A stretch of DNA of 32,000 nucleotides from an uncultured archaeon (GTDB lineage Archaea > Iainarchaeota > Iainarchaeia > Iainarchaeales > JAAZKV01). Shown here one piece after another: positions 16,077 to 25,865 of the stretch (the first letter of the stretch is position 1; every line of letters begins with the position of its first letter). Made by a program: the position numbers and the translations under genes. The notes under the pieces are model-generated. The model searched no databases, was not told where the DNA came from, and was given only the letters and a program-made list of their open reading frames with translations. The DNA is taken from assembly GCA_964551375.1 (NCBI GenBank), contig CAZKBG010000001.1:660001-692000 (forward strand), given 5' to 3'.

Positions 16077-17834
16077 ATGAATAGAGTTGCTATCCTATTA
16101 GTAATACTGTTATTTGCGCTTATTGCGCCTGTTTACTCAGCTGATGAAACAATATACCCTACAACCATAGGCAAACTCAACGCTGAAGTAAGTTTATTTG
16201 GGCAGGGAAAAATCACTGGACTAGCGCCGGGAGAGGAAGCAAAGCTTGAAACAATAACATTTCAGGAAAGCGAATTTCAAAAAGTAAAAATGCTAAAAGA
16301 AGAACTAATAATAAACGGCACAATAATCCGCCCAAAATATGTGCTTGATCAATTTGGAAACAAATACGCTGTATTTATCATAAACCAAAACGGGGATTTT
16401 AATTACGAACTAAGGGCAGACATAAACACAAGCGCATTTATTTTTGACATGGCTGATTATCCGCTCACAAGCGGAAACAACGCAATGCTTGAATACACTG
16501 AACAAACCGAAAAAATCGAAAGCTCCGCAACCGAAATCATGACGCTTGAAAAAAACAAAATTTACTCAAAAACATTCTTCTCTGTTTTGAACGAAACTGT
16601 GGACTGGGTAAATGACTATGTGGAATACGCAAAAGGAAATGATTTTAGATACTATTATCTCGAACAAAAATCGGCAGTGCAGACGCTCATAAGCAGAAAA
16701 GGAGTCTGCGACGAATTCACAAACCTTGCTGCATCAATTTTAAGATCAAAAAAAATACCAACAAGAGTTGCTATTGGAATAACATTTGATGGCAAAGACT
16801 GGGGAAACCACGCTTGGATGGAAGTGCACGACCAAAACATGAGCACGCGCGGAATATGGATTCCATCAGACGCAACATTTAGAGAAGCGGGATTTGTTGA
16901 CGCAACCCACATAAAAATGGGCTCATTTGACGATGTTTCAAACTCAAAAGCAAGATGCTACTATCCAATCAGCGCAACATGCAACCTTGACAACCAAAGC
17001 AGGCTTCCGCAGGTCACAATAAAAAGCAAAGAATACTTTTCAAGCGTAACGATGAGCGCAAAATCTGATAATATGAAAGCAAATAAGTGGAATGATGTTA
17101 ATGTAACTGTAAAAAATATCAGCAACGGAACAATAGCAGTCCCTGTGACAATAAAAGAAAACTATAACGAACTCATGATACAGGAAAAGAAAAAATCTGT
17201 TGTTTTAAAAGCAGGAGAAGAACAAGTAGTAACATTCAAAGTATTCCCAAAAATTGATTTACGAAACGATGAATATGCAAACGGAACACTAACATTCTCT
17301 TCGCTATCGGCACCTCTTGAAAAAGACATTGTAGTTTATCCAGGGAGTTACTCTGAAACAGACGGGGAAGTAATTGTTGAAGATGTAACCCCTATTGCGC
17401 ACGAAGGAACGCTAAAATTTGTGATAAAAATATCAAACTTTTACCAGGCCGACCAAGAAGCAAAGATATCCATAACCGCAAACGGCGTAAATGAACTTGC
17501 AAGCGAAATAATACCCGCAATGGGGACAAAAGTTATTACAAAAGAATTCGACCAGTACCAAATACAAGTTTACACAATCTCAATTGATGTTCCTGGAAAA
17601 ATATACACTCAAAAAGTTATTCCAATCAAAACCAAAATCATACTCCCTGACGACACTGAAAAACCGACTGTGATTGAAAAAATAGTCACCACAAGCGGAG
17701 ATGGAAACTCAGGAGTAATCGCTGACGAGGGCAGCAATCCGATACCATTCTTTGCAATGGTAATAATAGTAATGCTCCTTGCAGTTGCAATAGTGCTTGC
17801 AATATTATCATTCACCACAAGAAGATACGTATAA
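16077..17834 (+). CDS. Secreted/membrane-anchored transglutaminase-like protein
   Basis: 585 aa; N-terminal signal-like helix, GVCDEFTNLAASILRSKKIPTRVAIGIT...WGNHAWMEVHD...WIPSDAT Cys-His-Asp triad, C-terminal TM MVIIVMLLAVAIVLAILSF plus basic tail. Confidence 0.85.
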   Translation: MNRVAILLVILLFALIAPVYSADETIYPTTIGKLNAEVSLFGQGKITGLAPGEEAKLETITFQESEFQKVKMLKEELIINGTIIRPKYVLDQFGNKYAVFIINQNGDFNYELRADINTSAFIFDMADYPLTSGNNAMLEYTEQTEKIESSATEIMTLEKNKIYSKTFFSVLNETVDWVNDYVEYAKGNDFRYYYLEQKSAVQTLISRKGVCDEFTNLAASILRSKKIPTRVAIGITFDGKDWGNHAWMEVHDQNMSTRGIWIPSDATFREAGFVDATHIKMGSFDDVSNSKARCYYPISATCNLDNQSRLPQVTIKSKEYFSSVTMSAKSDNMKANKWNDVNVTVKNISNGTIAVPVTIKENYNELMIQEKKKSVVLKAGEEQVVTFKVFPKIDLRNDEYANGTLTFSSLSAPLEKDIVVYPGSYSETDGEVIVEDVTPIAHEGTLKFVIKISNFYQADQEAKISITANGVNELASEIIPAMGTKVITKEFDQYQIQVYTISIDVPGKIYTQKVIPIKTKIILPDDTEKPTVIEKIVTTSGDGNSGVIADEGSNPIPFFAMVIIVMLLAVAIVLAILSFTTRRYV

Positions 17835-17900
17835 AACTAGTCCAAAACGAGCGCCTACTTAATTCTTTAAAAAGCCTTGCAAATCTTCTAATCAATACAA

Positions 17901-17972
17901 GCGATCGTTGTCTAGTGGTTATGATTCGTCCTTGCCAAGGACGGGGCCCGGGTTCAATTCCCGGCGGTCGCA
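17901..17972 (+). tRNA. tRNA-Gly (anticodon GCC)
   Basis: Acceptor GCGATCG/CGGTCGC, anticodon arm CGTCC-TTGCCAA-GGACG, T arm CCGGG-TTCAATT-CCCGG. Confidence 0.95.
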
Positions 17973-18099
17973 CTTATTTTTTTAAAACAAAAAGAACTCT
18001 TTTAGCAGGGGATAACTATCACAAGAAGGTTAAAAAAAGTTAATTAATAAAAGTCATTTGAAGAAATTAGTTTAGTTATCTTATTTTATTATTTTATTT

Positions 18100-19035
18100 T
18101 TATCTTCTTGATTTCTTCTTAACTTTCTTCTTTGCAAGAGGCCTTCTTACCACAACTGCCTTGTGGCTTCCTTTCATTGCCCTGTTTGCAAGGATGCGCC
18201 TTATCTGAGAGGATGCTTCTGCGTGAGAATGCAGTTGAGTAAAAGCTTCAGCAACCATATAGTGATATGCAATCAATGCAACCCCTAAACCAAATGCCGG
18301 AGAAACTGAAAATGCAAGGCTGAAAGCAACTGGGTTAATCAAAAAGAACTGAAGTATTACCGCCGCAAGCCCCCCAAGAGCAATTGTCACAAAAGCAAAT
18401 ATAATAAACGCCAAAAATAGCGAAATTATTATTGCATAAAGAGTTTCATTGAATTTATTGTGAGTCAATGCCCAGGATTCCTTAATTGATTCAACTATTC
18501 CTAGAGTGGCGCTCTTCTGGATAAAAACCGAAGTCGAGAAAAACAATCTCACTGCGTTATAGACTACTAAAATAAAATAAGCAGTTCCCAAAAGCCAGAG
18601 CAAATAGCCCAATAACTCAGTTTGAACCATTGAGAAATAATACAATAACAAAACAAACGCAATCAAAAGCAAAAGCTGGGCTTTTCTAAAAAATGCGTTA
18701 ATATTCCACACTAAAACGTAGAACATTTCAACAAAAACAAGGAAAATCAAGTCAAGAACTTTTCTTGCCCCAAAATCAAAGCCCTTGCTTGACTTCTTTT
18801 CAACAAGACAATTATTCATTAAAACTATTACGCCAAGAACAAGAGTCACATAAAGCAAATCGTACAAAACTATCGCAACTGGTCTTGTAACATTTGAGAA
18901 AATAAGCCCTTTTTCAAATGCCTGCGGAAGAATAACAATACAGGGAAGAGAAATCCAGAAGAATATGATAAACCAAATAACTTTATTTAAAGAAACCCAT
19001 GAATACGCAGAGCTTACTACTCTTGAAAAATCCAT
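18100..19035 (-). CDS. Multi-pass membrane protein of unknown function
   Basis: 311 aa with about 6 hydrophobic segments and a Lys/Arg-rich C-terminus (KKKVKKKSRR). Confidence 0.75.
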   Translation of the reverse strand: MDFSRVVSSAYSWVSLNKVIWFIIFFWISLPCIVILPQAFEKGLIFSNVTRPVAIVLYDLLYVTLVLGVIVLMNNCLVEKKSSKGFDFGARKVLDLIFLVFVEMFYVLVWNINAFFRKAQLLLLIAFVLLLYYFSMVQTELLGYLLWLLGTAYFILVVYNAVRLFFSTSVFIQKSATLGIVESIKESWALTHNKFNETLYAIIISLFLAFIIFAFVTIALGGLAAVILQFFLINPVAFSLAFSVSPAFGLGVALIAYHYMVAEAFTQLHSHAEASSQIRRILANRAMKGSHKAVVVRRPLAKKKVKKKSRR

Positions 19036-19078
19036 GCTAAGAGGATGTTTTTTCTATATAAAAAGATTGCTATTTTGA

Positions 19079-19708
19079 TTAAAACAACGCCTTGTCAACA
19101 AGCGGAAATATCTGCGAAAACACATCAGGAATGTTTTTGTTCGCGTCAATTACTGCAATATTCTCATTTGGAAGCAAAGTTGGGAGCTTTAAGAAGTATT
19201 CCCTAAGCGAAGAAATGAATTCAAGCTCTCTGAATTTATCGCTGTCCTTTCTTTTCTCGCTTTTTTCGGAATTAATTCTTCTAAAAGAGTTTTCTGGAGT
19301 CACATCAAGAATCAAGGCAAGGTCGGGAGCAAGAAAATTCATGTGCGCTGGAAAGACTTTATTAAAATCTGTGCCCTGAACTGTTTGATATGCGATGCTT
19401 GAGTACTTGTAGCGATCGCAAATCACCACAAAATTCTTCTCAAGCGAAGGCTTGATTATATTTTCAACATGCCACTCCCTGTCTTTAACAAATAATTCAA
19501 AAATTTCATCCCTAAAATCAGAAGAAGATTTTTGCTTCTTAAAATACTCCCTTAATTTCTGCCCGTATGGACCATTTGTCGGCTCATCAGTAACCAAAAT
19601 GTTGTCATACTTCTTGCTTTTCCCATAAATATGCTCAAAAGTTTTCTTTATCATCGTCCCTTTCCCGCACCCAGGCAAACCGTCAAATACAATAAAAGTC
19701 CCAGCCAT
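19079..19708 (-). CDS. Thymidylate kinase-family nucleoside monophosphate kinase (copy 1)
   Basis: 209 aa; VFDGLPGCGKGTMIKK P-loop, TDEPTNGPYG, VICDRYKYSSIAYQ, LILDVTPE. Confidence 0.82.
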   Translation of the reverse strand: MAGTFIVFDGLPGCGKGTMIKKTFEHIYGKSKKYDNILVTDEPTNGPYGQKLREYFKKQKSSSDFRDEIFELFVKDREWHVENIIKPSLEKNFVVICDRYKYSSIAYQTVQGTDFNKVFPAHMNFLAPDLALILDVTPENSFRRINSEKSEKRKDSDKFRELEFISSLREYFLKLPTLLPNENIAVIDANKNIPDVFSQIFPLVDKALF

Positions 19709-19712
19709 GATT

Positions 19713-20408
19713 TCACCTAAAAAATTTCTTTAAAGTTCTTCCCTCATTTAAACAAGCGCTGACTTCCTTCCAAACTTTCCCGCTAATTGCTTCAATTGGA
19801 AGCAGGTTTTTGCCGTCAGTGCAATCAACTCTAACCCATCCAAGCCTTTTAATATTTCGCTCATACTCATTACGCACAAGCTGTTGAAAATTCAAATCCT
19901 CTTCGTGCTGGTCGCGCTTCTTTCCGCGCTTATACCCTTCAGCTCGGTTTGCGTTATCCATAAACTTATGAGAAACCGCAATCGGGACGTCAAGAACAAT
20001 AACCAAATCAGGCTGGGGAAGACGGGAAGTCACAAGCCTTATCCACTCCCAAAGAGAATCCTTATTTTTCTTCTCAAGCGCAACCTGATAATTTAGCGTT
20101 GAGGAAAAAAATCTGCTTAATACAATATCCTTTCCTTCATCAAGAGCTTTTTCAATATGCAGCTTTGATTCGTAAAAATCAGTAATATACAAAAGCGCAA
20201 TAAATTCGGGAGAAAGAACATCCTTTGAGCCAAGCTCCCCCCTTAGATACGCGTCAACAACTTTCCCAAACTGATTGTCATGCTTTGGGAAATGCAAATG
20301 CTCAAGCTTTCTTCCCATGCTTTCCATTTTTTTGCAAACCAAATCAAGCTGGGTTTTCTTGCCAGTGCCGTCAGCGCCTTCAATTACAATTAACTTTCCC
20401 CTGCCCAT
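19713..20408 (-). CDS. tmk: Thymidylate kinase-family protein (copy 2)
   Basis: 231 aa; VIEGADGTGKKTQLDLV P-loop, VLSRFFSSTLNYQVA, VIVLDVPIAVS. Confidence 0.82.
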   Translation of the reverse strand: MGRGKLIVIEGADGTGKKTQLDLVCKKMESMGRKLEHLHFPKHDNQFGKVVDAYLRGELGSKDVLSPEFIALLYITDFYESKLHIEKALDEGKDIVLSRFFSSTLNYQVALEKKNKDSLWEWIRLVTSRLPQPDLVIVLDVPIAVSHKFMDNANRAEGYKRGKKRDQHEEDLNFQQLVRNEYERNIKRLGWVRVDCTDGKNLLPIEAISGKVWKEVSACLNEGRTLKKFFR

Positions 20409-20576
20409 TACATTACTATACTTTCATTGAAGTATAAAACAATTACTAACCAGCACAACCATTTGGACAAAAAGAAACTACTCTTAAAAAACGCCCTAAA
20501 GGAACGTTTAAAAAAGCAACCAAAAGACAATCATTTAGGAGCTAATTCAAAGAAATAGCCAAAAGAATGACAAATG

Positions 20577-20647
20577 CGTTCGTGATGTAACGGTAGCATA
20601 AAAGCCTTCCAAGCTTTTTGTTGGGGTTCAAATCCCCACGGACGCAC
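20577..20647 (+). tRNA. tRNA-Gly (anticodon TCC)
   Basis: Acceptor GCGTTCG/CGGACGC, anticodon arm AAAGC-CTTCCAA-GCTTT, T arm TGGGG-TTCAAAT-CCCCA. Confidence 0.92.
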
Positions 20648-20755
20648 TCAATAATTTAACGATTAAACAAAAAAAGCTTCTTCTTTGAATACAAAACCAG
20701 TATCAATAATAATATAATAAAGGAAAGACACTACTTTGCTCTATTAAATCAAATA

Positions 20756-21088
20756 ATGGCGATAAAAATGGAAAAAGAAAAAAAACTCAAAGGAAGCCAA
20801 AAAATTGCGCTTGAAAGAATATATCGGCTTATTGAACTCGCTCGAAAAAATGAAAAATACTCCAAGAGATATGTCAGTATTGCAAAAGAAATCAGCAAAA
20901 AGATGAGAGTTCAGGTGCCAAAAGAGCTCAAAAAACAATACTGCAAAAAATGCTGTTCAATGAAAGTCAAAATTTCGACCAAAGAACCATTCCTGATTGT
21001 AAAATGCGAAGAATGCGGATTTGAAAAGAAATACGGGACAAAAAACAAGCCAAAAATAAAACCTACCCGCCCAGCGAAAGGCAAATAA
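20756..21088 (+). CDS. rnp4: RNase P protein component 4 (Rpr2/Rpp21-like)
   Basis: 110 aa; IYRLIELARKNEKYSKRYVSIAKEISKKMRVQVPKELKKQYCKKCC...VKCEECGFEKKYG zinc-binding Cys pairs. Confidence 0.88.
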   Translation: MAIKMEKEKKLKGSQKIALERIYRLIELARKNEKYSKRYVSIAKEISKKMRVQVPKELKKQYCKKCCSMKVKISTKEPFLIVKCEECGFEKKYGTKNKPKIKPTRPAKGK

Positions 21089-21134
21089 ACACCATAAAAC
21101 AACAATATAACAACAAAACGAGGTGTTTATTCAA

Positions 21135-24100
21135 ATGAAAATAAAGGGACAGGGATCTATTGAAAATCTATTAATCATAAGCGCGGCGATTGTGGTTGTC
21201 GCAATAGTAATAGTAGCCGTTTATGGAATAATGACGCAAGGAAATGAAAGCGTAATAAGCGGAGAAGAAATAAACACCGGAACTACAGGAACTTTAAGAG
21301 AATTACAGGGAGTTGAAATACAAACAATTATTGTCCCTGACGGAACAAGCGCAACAATAGAAATAAAGCCAAGCGCGACTGATGATAAACTAAAAAACAT
21401 GTTCAAAGGAGCTCCAAACGGAACAGGCTTCACAGTAAACAACGGACCAAACAGCGGAAGCACATGCCAAAGAACAGCAACAGGATGGGTTGACGCCAAC
21501 GGAAACGGATGCAACACACCAATAACAAGCGGAACTTTACTAACAATCTCAAACTCAAGCGGAGGCGGAGGAACTTACACTGAAAGCATAAGAGGAGTGG
21601 GGACAACTGGAGGACAGGGACAAACTGTAACACAAACTATATCGCCAGGAACACCAACACCTATCACATTAACATTCACGCCAAACCAATTGATAACTGA
21701 TTTATTCACAAGCCTGCCGAGCGGAACAACAATTGCAATCGGAACTGACGGAACTATACTAACAAGAACTACAGATGGCTGGATTTTAACACTGCCAAAC
21801 GGAACAACAGTTACCGACACAAATGTAATAAATTCACTAATACCACTTTCAAACGGAACAGTACTCAATATTACAACACCAGCAGGATCAACAACAGTAA
21901 CACTAAGCATTGTGGAAGGAACACCACCAACAGTAGTACTGCCTACACCAATACAACTATCAACATGCGCTGATTTGCAGAATATACAAAACAATTTAGT
22001 GGGAAATTATGAACTTGCAAGCAACATTGACTGCTCAACACTAGAAGAATTCACACCAATAACAGATTTTAGAGGAACATTAAACGGAAAGGGACATAAA
22101 ATTTCAAACTTGTCCGTTTACTCAAGCAGCGGACAGCCGACTGGACTATTTTCCACAACAAACGGCGCAACAATAAAAAAATTATCAATAGAAGGCGCTG
22201 AAATAATCGGACTTCAATCAACAGGAATACTTGTTGGAAACATGGGCGGAGGGATAATTACTGAAGTTCACACACAAGGAAATGTGCAGGGAACAGATTA
22301 CGTTGGAGGAATAGTTGGAAGAACAATGGGTGGACAAATAACAAACTCCTACTCCACATCATCAACAGCAAATGAAGAAAGAATCCGCGCAACAGGAAAC
22401 TATGCGGGCGGAATAACAGGAAGCCTTGTTGGAGGAGGAAGCATAAATTCAGTATACTCTGAAGCAACAGTAGAAGCGCAAAATTACACAGGAGGAATTG
22501 TAGGAGAATTTATTGAAGCGCAAATGGCAAACGCATACTTCTCAGGCACAATAACCTCATCCCCTACATCAAAAATAGGCGGAGTAATCGGAAAAATGAA
22601 CAGCACATTTGGAGAATCAAACCTTTCATGGATGCTTTACCCTGACAACTGCGCAGGAGAAATATCATATAGAGAGCCAGGAAGCTGCGAGAAAAAATAC
22701 AACGAAGAAGACTTTATGGACCAAACATACGAGCCTATGGCATCATTCACTGGCGGATTTGGAACAGGCAAAGCATGGAGCATATGCCAATACGAAGACC
22801 AGCCGTGGCTGACATTTGAAAACAAAACATGCACTCCTCCGCAAATATATGCGGATGTAATCAACATCACTGGAGCCGGAACAATATACATACAACTTCA
22901 TGTGGCTCCAATAAACAATACACTAACAACGCTATTTGGAAGCATTGGAAACGGCGGACAAGTGAGAAAACTTGGAGACTCAACAGTGTTCACAAATAAC
23001 AGCGGGACATGGACAGCAAGCGGAGGAACAACAACCCCTGCACAATTAACTATAAACACAAATGATAAATTTGCGGTAACAAGCACTATGCCAAATATAT
23101 TCCAAGTAAATTCATACCAAACAACACCGCCATTTGTAACACAAATAACTGACACAACACCGCCGACAATAAAATCAATTAGTCTTCAAGGCTGCGGAGG
23201 AATAAAAGTTCCAAACACAGACACATACTCAAGATTTGACTACAATGTGCTAATAGAAACTACAGACACACAAACAGAAGTAGCAAGCTGCACAATAGAA
23301 AGCTATTTTAGAATACCGGGAACTATGACATGGCTTAAAGCAAACACAAAATCAATTGCAAATCCATTCATTATGCCTGATGTAAACTATATCCACGGAA
23401 ACCAAGTAATGACTTCTTCACCATACCCAACAAGCCTTGACACAAGATACACTGTAACATGCAAAGACATAATTGGAAACACAACAACAATGATTACAAC
23501 ACCAACAATGACATGCCCAATTCCTGCAGCGCCTCAACTAATATCATTGCCTGCGGGAAAAATAACAGCAGTAAAAATGAACGACACAGCTATTGACGAT
23601 CCAGCAAGCGCTTCGCCAATTCCGCCAAGGATTATCCAAATGTTTGGAACCCCATCAAACGGAACAACTGTTAGAAAAATGGGAAAAGCGGTAACTTACA
23701 CATGGAATAACGGATGGAGCGCAAGCAGCGGAAGCCACAATGATTTTAATGCAACAAACGGAGACACAATAATAATATCAACTCCGGCAGGAACGCCGAA
23801 TCAAATGGCAATATTTGCAAGGACAAGCCTGCCGTACGCAACAATTGTGAACGACACAACAGGACCGACTGTAACGAATGTACTCTCAAGCTGTTATCCA
23901 AAATCAGTGGCATTCATGGGGCCATACGCAAGAGACATAAACTTTGCAATAACTGCAAACGACACACAGCTCGAAACAAAGAACTGCTCACTTGTGATAA
24001 ACAAAACAGCACCTGCGCCGGCAATGACTTTCAATGCGACTACCGGAACAAATTATCTCCAGACAGGAAATTTTGTGCACACAATGACAATATCACAAAT

Positions 24101-24206
24101 GGCTGATTTAACAACACCAGTAACAGTAAACGGAACTATCACCTGCCAAGACTCACTTGGAAATATCGGCCCAATGAACACAATCGGGATATATAATTGT
24201 CCATAA
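21135..24206 (+). CDS. Very large class III signal peptide (pilin-like) surface protein with GLUG-like repeats
   Basis: N-terminus MKIKGQGSIENLLIISAAIVVVAIVIVAVYGIM (QxSxExxxL type); central YVGGIVGRTMGGQITNSYS / YAGGITGSLVGGGSINSVYS / YTGGIVG repeats; Thr/Asn-rich. Confidence 0.88.
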   Translation: MKIKGQGSIENLLIISAAIVVVAIVIVAVYGIMTQGNESVISGEEINTGTTGTLRELQGVEIQTIIVPDGTSATIEIKPSATDDKLKNMFKGAPNGTGFTVNNGPNSGSTCQRTATGWVDANGNGCNTPITSGTLLTISNSSGGGGTYTESIRGVGTTGGQGQTVTQTISPGTPTPITLTFTPNQLITDLFTSLPSGTTIAIGTDGTILTRTTDGWILTLPNGTTVTDTNVINSLIPLSNGTVLNITTPAGSTTVTLSIVEGTPPTVVLPTPIQLSTCADLQNIQNNLVGNYELASNIDCSTLEEFTPITDFRGTLNGKGHKISNLSVYSSSGQPTGLFSTTNGATIKKLSIEGAEIIGLQSTGILVGNMGGGIITEVHTQGNVQGTDYVGGIVGRTMGGQITNSYSTSSTANEERIRATGNYAGGITGSLVGGGSINSVYSEATVEAQNYTGGIVGEFIEAQMANAYFSGTITSSPTSKIGGVIGKMNSTFGESNLSWMLYPDNCAGEISYREPGSCEKKYNEEDFMDQTYEPMASFTGGFGTGKAWSICQYEDQPWLTFENKTCTPPQIYADVINITGAGTIYIQLHVAPINNTLTTLFGSIGNGGQVRKLGDSTVFTNNSGTWTASGGTTTPAQLTINTNDKFAVTSTMPNIFQVNSYQTTPPFVTQITDTTPPTIKSISLQGCGGIKVPNTDTYSRFDYNVLIETTDTQTEVASCTIESYFRIPGTMTWLKANTKSIANPFIMPDVNYIHGNQVMTSSPYPTSLDTRYTVTCKDIIGNTTTMITTPTMTCPIPAAPQLISLPAGKITAVKMNDTAIDDPASASPIPPRIIQMFGTPSNGTTVRKMGKAVTYTWNNGWSASSGSHNDFNATNGDTIIISTPAGTPNQMAIFARTSLPYATIVNDTTGPTVTNVLSSCYPKSVAFMGPYARDINFAITANDTQLETKNCSLVINKTAPAPAMTFNATTGTNYLQTGNFVHTMTISQMADLTTPVTVNGTITCQDSLGNIGPMNTIGIYNCP

Positions 24207-24217
24207 ATTTAACAAAA

Positions 24218-24250
24218 GCAACAGGAGAAATCCTGTTGCCCTGTTTTTTT
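24218..24250 (+). terminator. Hairpin plus T-tract terminator
   Basis: GCAACAGGA-GAAA-TCCTGTTGC followed by CCTGTTTTTTT, 12 nt after the preceding stop codon. Confidence 0.75.
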
Positions 24251-24302
24251 AAGAATTCACATTTAGGTTAGGTATAAATACCAAAAAGCACAACTAATTA
24301 TC

Positions 24303-25787
24303 ATGCAAAACATAAAAAAAGCTCAAGGCTCGCTTGAAAACTTATTAATCATAAGCGCGGCAATCATAGTTGTAGCAGTTGTAATAATTGCAGTTTATGG
24401 AATAATGACGCAGGGAAATGAAAGCGTAATAAGCGGAGAAGATATTAAGACAGGAACTACTGGAACGCTAAGAGAAATGCAGGGAGTTGAAATACAAACA
24501 GTGGATGTTCCTGCAGACAGCCAGGTTACAATTACAGTAAAGCCAAGCGCGACTGATGATAAACTAAAAAACATGTTCAAAGGAGCTCCAAACGGAACAG
24601 GCTTCACAGTAAACAACGGACCAAACAGCGGAAGCACATGCCAAAGAACAGCAACAGGATGGGTTGACGCCAACGGAAACGGATGCAACACACCAATAAC
24701 AAGCGGAACTAATGTAACAATTTCAACAAGCGGAGGAAGCTCATATCATGAAGAAATAAGAGGAGTAGGAACAGGAGGAACAACAACAGGAACATTCTCG
24801 CAAGCAATTAGCCCAGGAACTCCAACTACTATTACAGCACCATTTAATTCAAACGCATATTTTACAGATGTATTTTCTGCAATGCCGATTGGAACAATAA
24901 TCACTGTGGGAACATCAAGACTGACAAGAACAGCAACAGGATGGGTTTTGACTTTACAGGACGGAACAATAATAACTGATCCTTACCAAATCAATCAATT
25001 AATCCCTGTTACAAGCGGAACTGTATTCATAATTACTTCACCTACTCAAACAACAATTACTTTAACAGAAGGAACTCCTCCAGCGCCAGTAACTGACTCA
25101 ATCGCACTTGCAGCAGGAGAAACAATTGCGCTGAAAATAAACGCAAACCTTGACAATAATACATTAAACGGATTATTTCCATCAATGGCAGCAAATTCAA
25201 CAGTAAGAAAAGTTGGAACAAACAGCACGTTCACTTACAACGGAACTGCTTGGAGCTCAAGCGGAGGAACAACACCCGCACAATTTAGCGCAAACCTAAA
25301 TGACACTTTAATAATAAAAAGCACTGGCGCATTCACAATAAACGCAAGAAGCTTCACTGCGCAGGCACCGCTTGTAACAAAAATAATTGACACAACTGGA
25401 CCGACAATCAACAGCATATATGCATACTGCCGACTAATAGGAAGTGGATACAGCGTCAGCAGAGCTGTTAGATTCACAATAAACGGAACGGATGATCAGC
25501 TTGAGTCAATATACTGCAGACTGGACATAACATACACCCGAACACTAAACCAAGGACCGACAACTGCAACAATTGACGACTACACATACCCACACACTTA
25601 TACTAGAACTGCGGACATGCAAAGAGACCACGTACTACACTCATGGACAAGCAGCTACAGCCCGGTTGTTTACAACGACATAAACTTTACATGCTTTGAC
25701 TCGCTCGGAAACGCAAGCGCAAAAGCAAATTTTAAAAACTTCCGGTGTGAACCAGAAAACATGCTCCCTGGACAGAGACTAAAATAA
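24303..25787 (+). CDS. Class III signal peptide (pilin-like) surface protein, paralogue of the preceding gene
   Basis: 494 aa; MQNIKKAQGSLENLLIISAAIIVVAVVIIAVYGIMTQGNESVISGEDI; shares modules and a 172-bp identical block with the upstream gene. Confidence 0.87.
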   Translation: MQNIKKAQGSLENLLIISAAIIVVAVVIIAVYGIMTQGNESVISGEDIKTGTTGTLREMQGVEIQTVDVPADSQVTITVKPSATDDKLKNMFKGAPNGTGFTVNNGPNSGSTCQRTATGWVDANGNGCNTPITSGTNVTISTSGGSSYHEEIRGVGTGGTTTGTFSQAISPGTPTTITAPFNSNAYFTDVFSAMPIGTIITVGTSRLTRTATGWVLTLQDGTIITDPYQINQLIPVTSGTVFIITSPTQTTITLTEGTPPAPVTDSIALAAGETIALKINANLDNNTLNGLFPSMAANSTVRKVGTNSTFTYNGTAWSSSGGTTPAQFSANLNDTLIIKSTGAFTINARSFTAQAPLVTKIIDTTGPTINSIYAYCRLIGSGYSVSRAVRFTINGTDDQLESIYCRLDITYTRTLNQGPTTATIDDYTYPHTYTRTADMQRDHVLHSWTSSYSPVVYNDINFTCFDSLGNASAKANFKNFRCEPENMLPGQRLK

Positions 25788-25865
25788 GGTTTTTAATAAA
25801 CACAAAAAAAAACCTTCTTTAAACTACAAAGCAAAGTATAAATACTTACAAACTAATTAATTTTC

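Noticed and set aside
22150-22640. Repeated GGA/ACA-rich tracts considered as a possible CRISPR or tandem DNA array
   Set aside because: The periodicity is protein-level (GLUG-like repeats) with no conserved direct repeat/spacer structure.
22258-22891. ORFs in alternative frames of the 1027-aa surface protein gene
   Set aside because: The sense frame has a signal peptide and GLUG-like repeats; the others are by-products of its repetitive composition.
25786-25816. AAGGTTTTT...AAAAACCTT inverted repeat after the 494-aa gene
   Set aside because: Mostly A/T pairing with a long loop; too weak to call a terminator with confidence.
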